64,000 bases of DNA from Neoconidiobolus thromboides FSU 785. Lineage: Eukaryota; Fungi; Entomophthoromycota. Shown here in pieces: positions 62,826 to 64,000 of the stretch (position 1 is its first letter; every line of letters starts with the position of its first letter). The translations under genes were made by a program, and so were the position numbers. The notes beneath the pieces were generated by a model. The model had not been told where the DNA came from. It made no database searches and saw nothing but the letters and a program-made list of their open reading frames with translations. The stretch is taken from positions 15,905-79,904 of the forward strand of contig MU626357.1 of the NCBI GenBank assembly GCA_025603075.1, written 5' to 3'.

Positions 62826-63302
62826 ATACAATAAAGTATAAAAATGTATAAACTGATTTCAGAATCTTATTAGAAGTTAGTTTAAACTTTAATCTTTAAT
62901 ACATAATTAGTTAAATTTAAGAAGCTTAAAGTTAAATCTTTTTATTTAGTTTAGGAAATTTATTTCAATTATTCATTTTTTTTTAAACACTTAACTTTTT
63001 TACTTGTATGTTTTACATTATCAAATGCTTAATAATTATATAGTGTATAAATATATAATTGTTTGACTTTATTTTTCATTGAGATAAAATAAAAATAAAA
63101 CGGAAGCTTTTATAGTTGTGAAATCTGGTATTTAATGGTTGGAATTAAAAGTAGCCCTTTCTTGATCGACTATACTATAAGTCGAAAGGTCTTAGTTTAT
63201 GTGACTAATGTAGACTTGAATTATGAAGAATAGCACATGATATGCTACGGACTATATAAGACAAATATAATAGATAATACTAATGTAAAATCTACATAAA
63301 AT

Positions 63303-63401
63303 GCAGGTGTTTTTTTTTATTTCATTACTTTTTCTATCTTTTAAGCACTATTTGAGTAGAAAAATTGTTAGTAAAATTCTTAAACACAAAAATACATCCC
63401 C
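63303..63401 (-). mobile_element. MITE copy 17
   Basis: Near consensus; AAAT/AAAT TSD. Confidence 0.9.
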
Positions 63402-63625
63402 AAATACTGATATAAAGATTTAGTGGCTTTGTGAAAGTATAAGGTATCAAAACGAGGAGATAATCCCCTTCGGAATCACATGACAAAAACTTTCATAGCA
63501 AATCAAAATGAGAGTTTAGTATTGATAGTGGTTGAGTTCGAGAACACAATAACTTAAGTGATTGCTATATTATAATCAATCATCGAGCTGACAAAGCGAT
63601 ATTCCACAATTATTATCTAGTATCT

Positions 63626-63722
63626 GGGGATGTATTTTTGTGTTTAAAAATTTTACTAACAATTTTTCCGCTTAAATAGCGCTTAAAAATGGAAAAAATA
63701 ATGAAGTCAAAAAAACACTCCC
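63626..63722 (+). mobile_element. MITE copy 18
   Basis: GGGGATGTATTTTTG...CAAAAAAACACTCCC with an exact ATCT/ATCT TSD. Confidence 0.92.
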
Positions 63723-64000
63723 ATCTGATAAATCAAAAAATCTAATATAATTCCAATTAAAGCTATAAAAGTCTATAAAAGACAGAAAAACAAAAGATCA
63801 ACCCCAGCTTATCTCATAAAGATAACAGAAAATTAAAAAGTTTGATATTTGCTAAGCAAACAAGTAGTTTATTAGATGATAAAAATCAATTGTTAAATGT
63901 TATGAAATATCGCTTTGTCAGTCCCATGGTTAATTATAACATAACAATCGCCTAAGCTGTTGTGTTCTCGAGTTCAGAGGAAATCAATCCCATGTTCTTA

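Noticed and set aside
62625-62828. The inverted dimer as a Tc1/mariner-type element with TA TSD
   Set aside because: Both arms align end-to-end with the 96-bp monomer and are delimited by ATAT/ATAT/ATAC, which explains the structure better.
62642-62851. 69-aa ORF
   Set aside because: It lies across the MITE dimer and is a chance frame.
5229-63722. The ~96-bp repeats as a CRISPR-like array or SINE
   Set aside because: They are dispersed in both orientations with irregular spacing, have TIRs and 4-bp flank duplications, and show no A/B boxes, poly-A tails or cas genes.

Overview
Very AT-rich eukaryotic nuclear DNA with short (about 43-66 bp) GT-AG introns and poly-Asn tracts. The gene content is fungal; an early-diverging lineage such as Entomophthoromycotina is an inference only. 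I can support about 22-23 protein genes: a cytochrome P450 cut by the window start (absent from the ORF track), three related bZIP factors, SCO1, two paralogous 7TM-RGS proteins flanking a UNC93-like MFS, ERG25, UTP11, a GPI-PLD homolog, PTR2, cystinosin/ERS1, VPS9, glyoxylate reductase, a Shewanella-like phosphatase ending in KDEL, a PAK kinase, a TrhO-type rhodanese, a membrane PHP protein, a TspO-like protein, an ethylene-receptor-like sensor, PHO89, a kelch-TM protein and 1-2 orphans. No tRNA, rRNA, CRISPR array or autonomous transposase was seen. The most notable points are: (1) a plant-type ethylene receptor with an intact Cu/ethylene site but Lys in place of the phospho-His and no receiver domain; (2) 18 copies of a ~96-bp MITE with GRG...CYC termini, 4-bp mostly AWWT target duplications and an internal dyad, including an inverted dimer; (3) gene-conversion tracts between the 7TM-RGS paralogs; (4) a GPI-PLD homolog with a GPI-signal-like tail; (5) a TrhO-like protein with a mitochondrial-type presequence. 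All alignments and counts were done by eye and no database was consulted.
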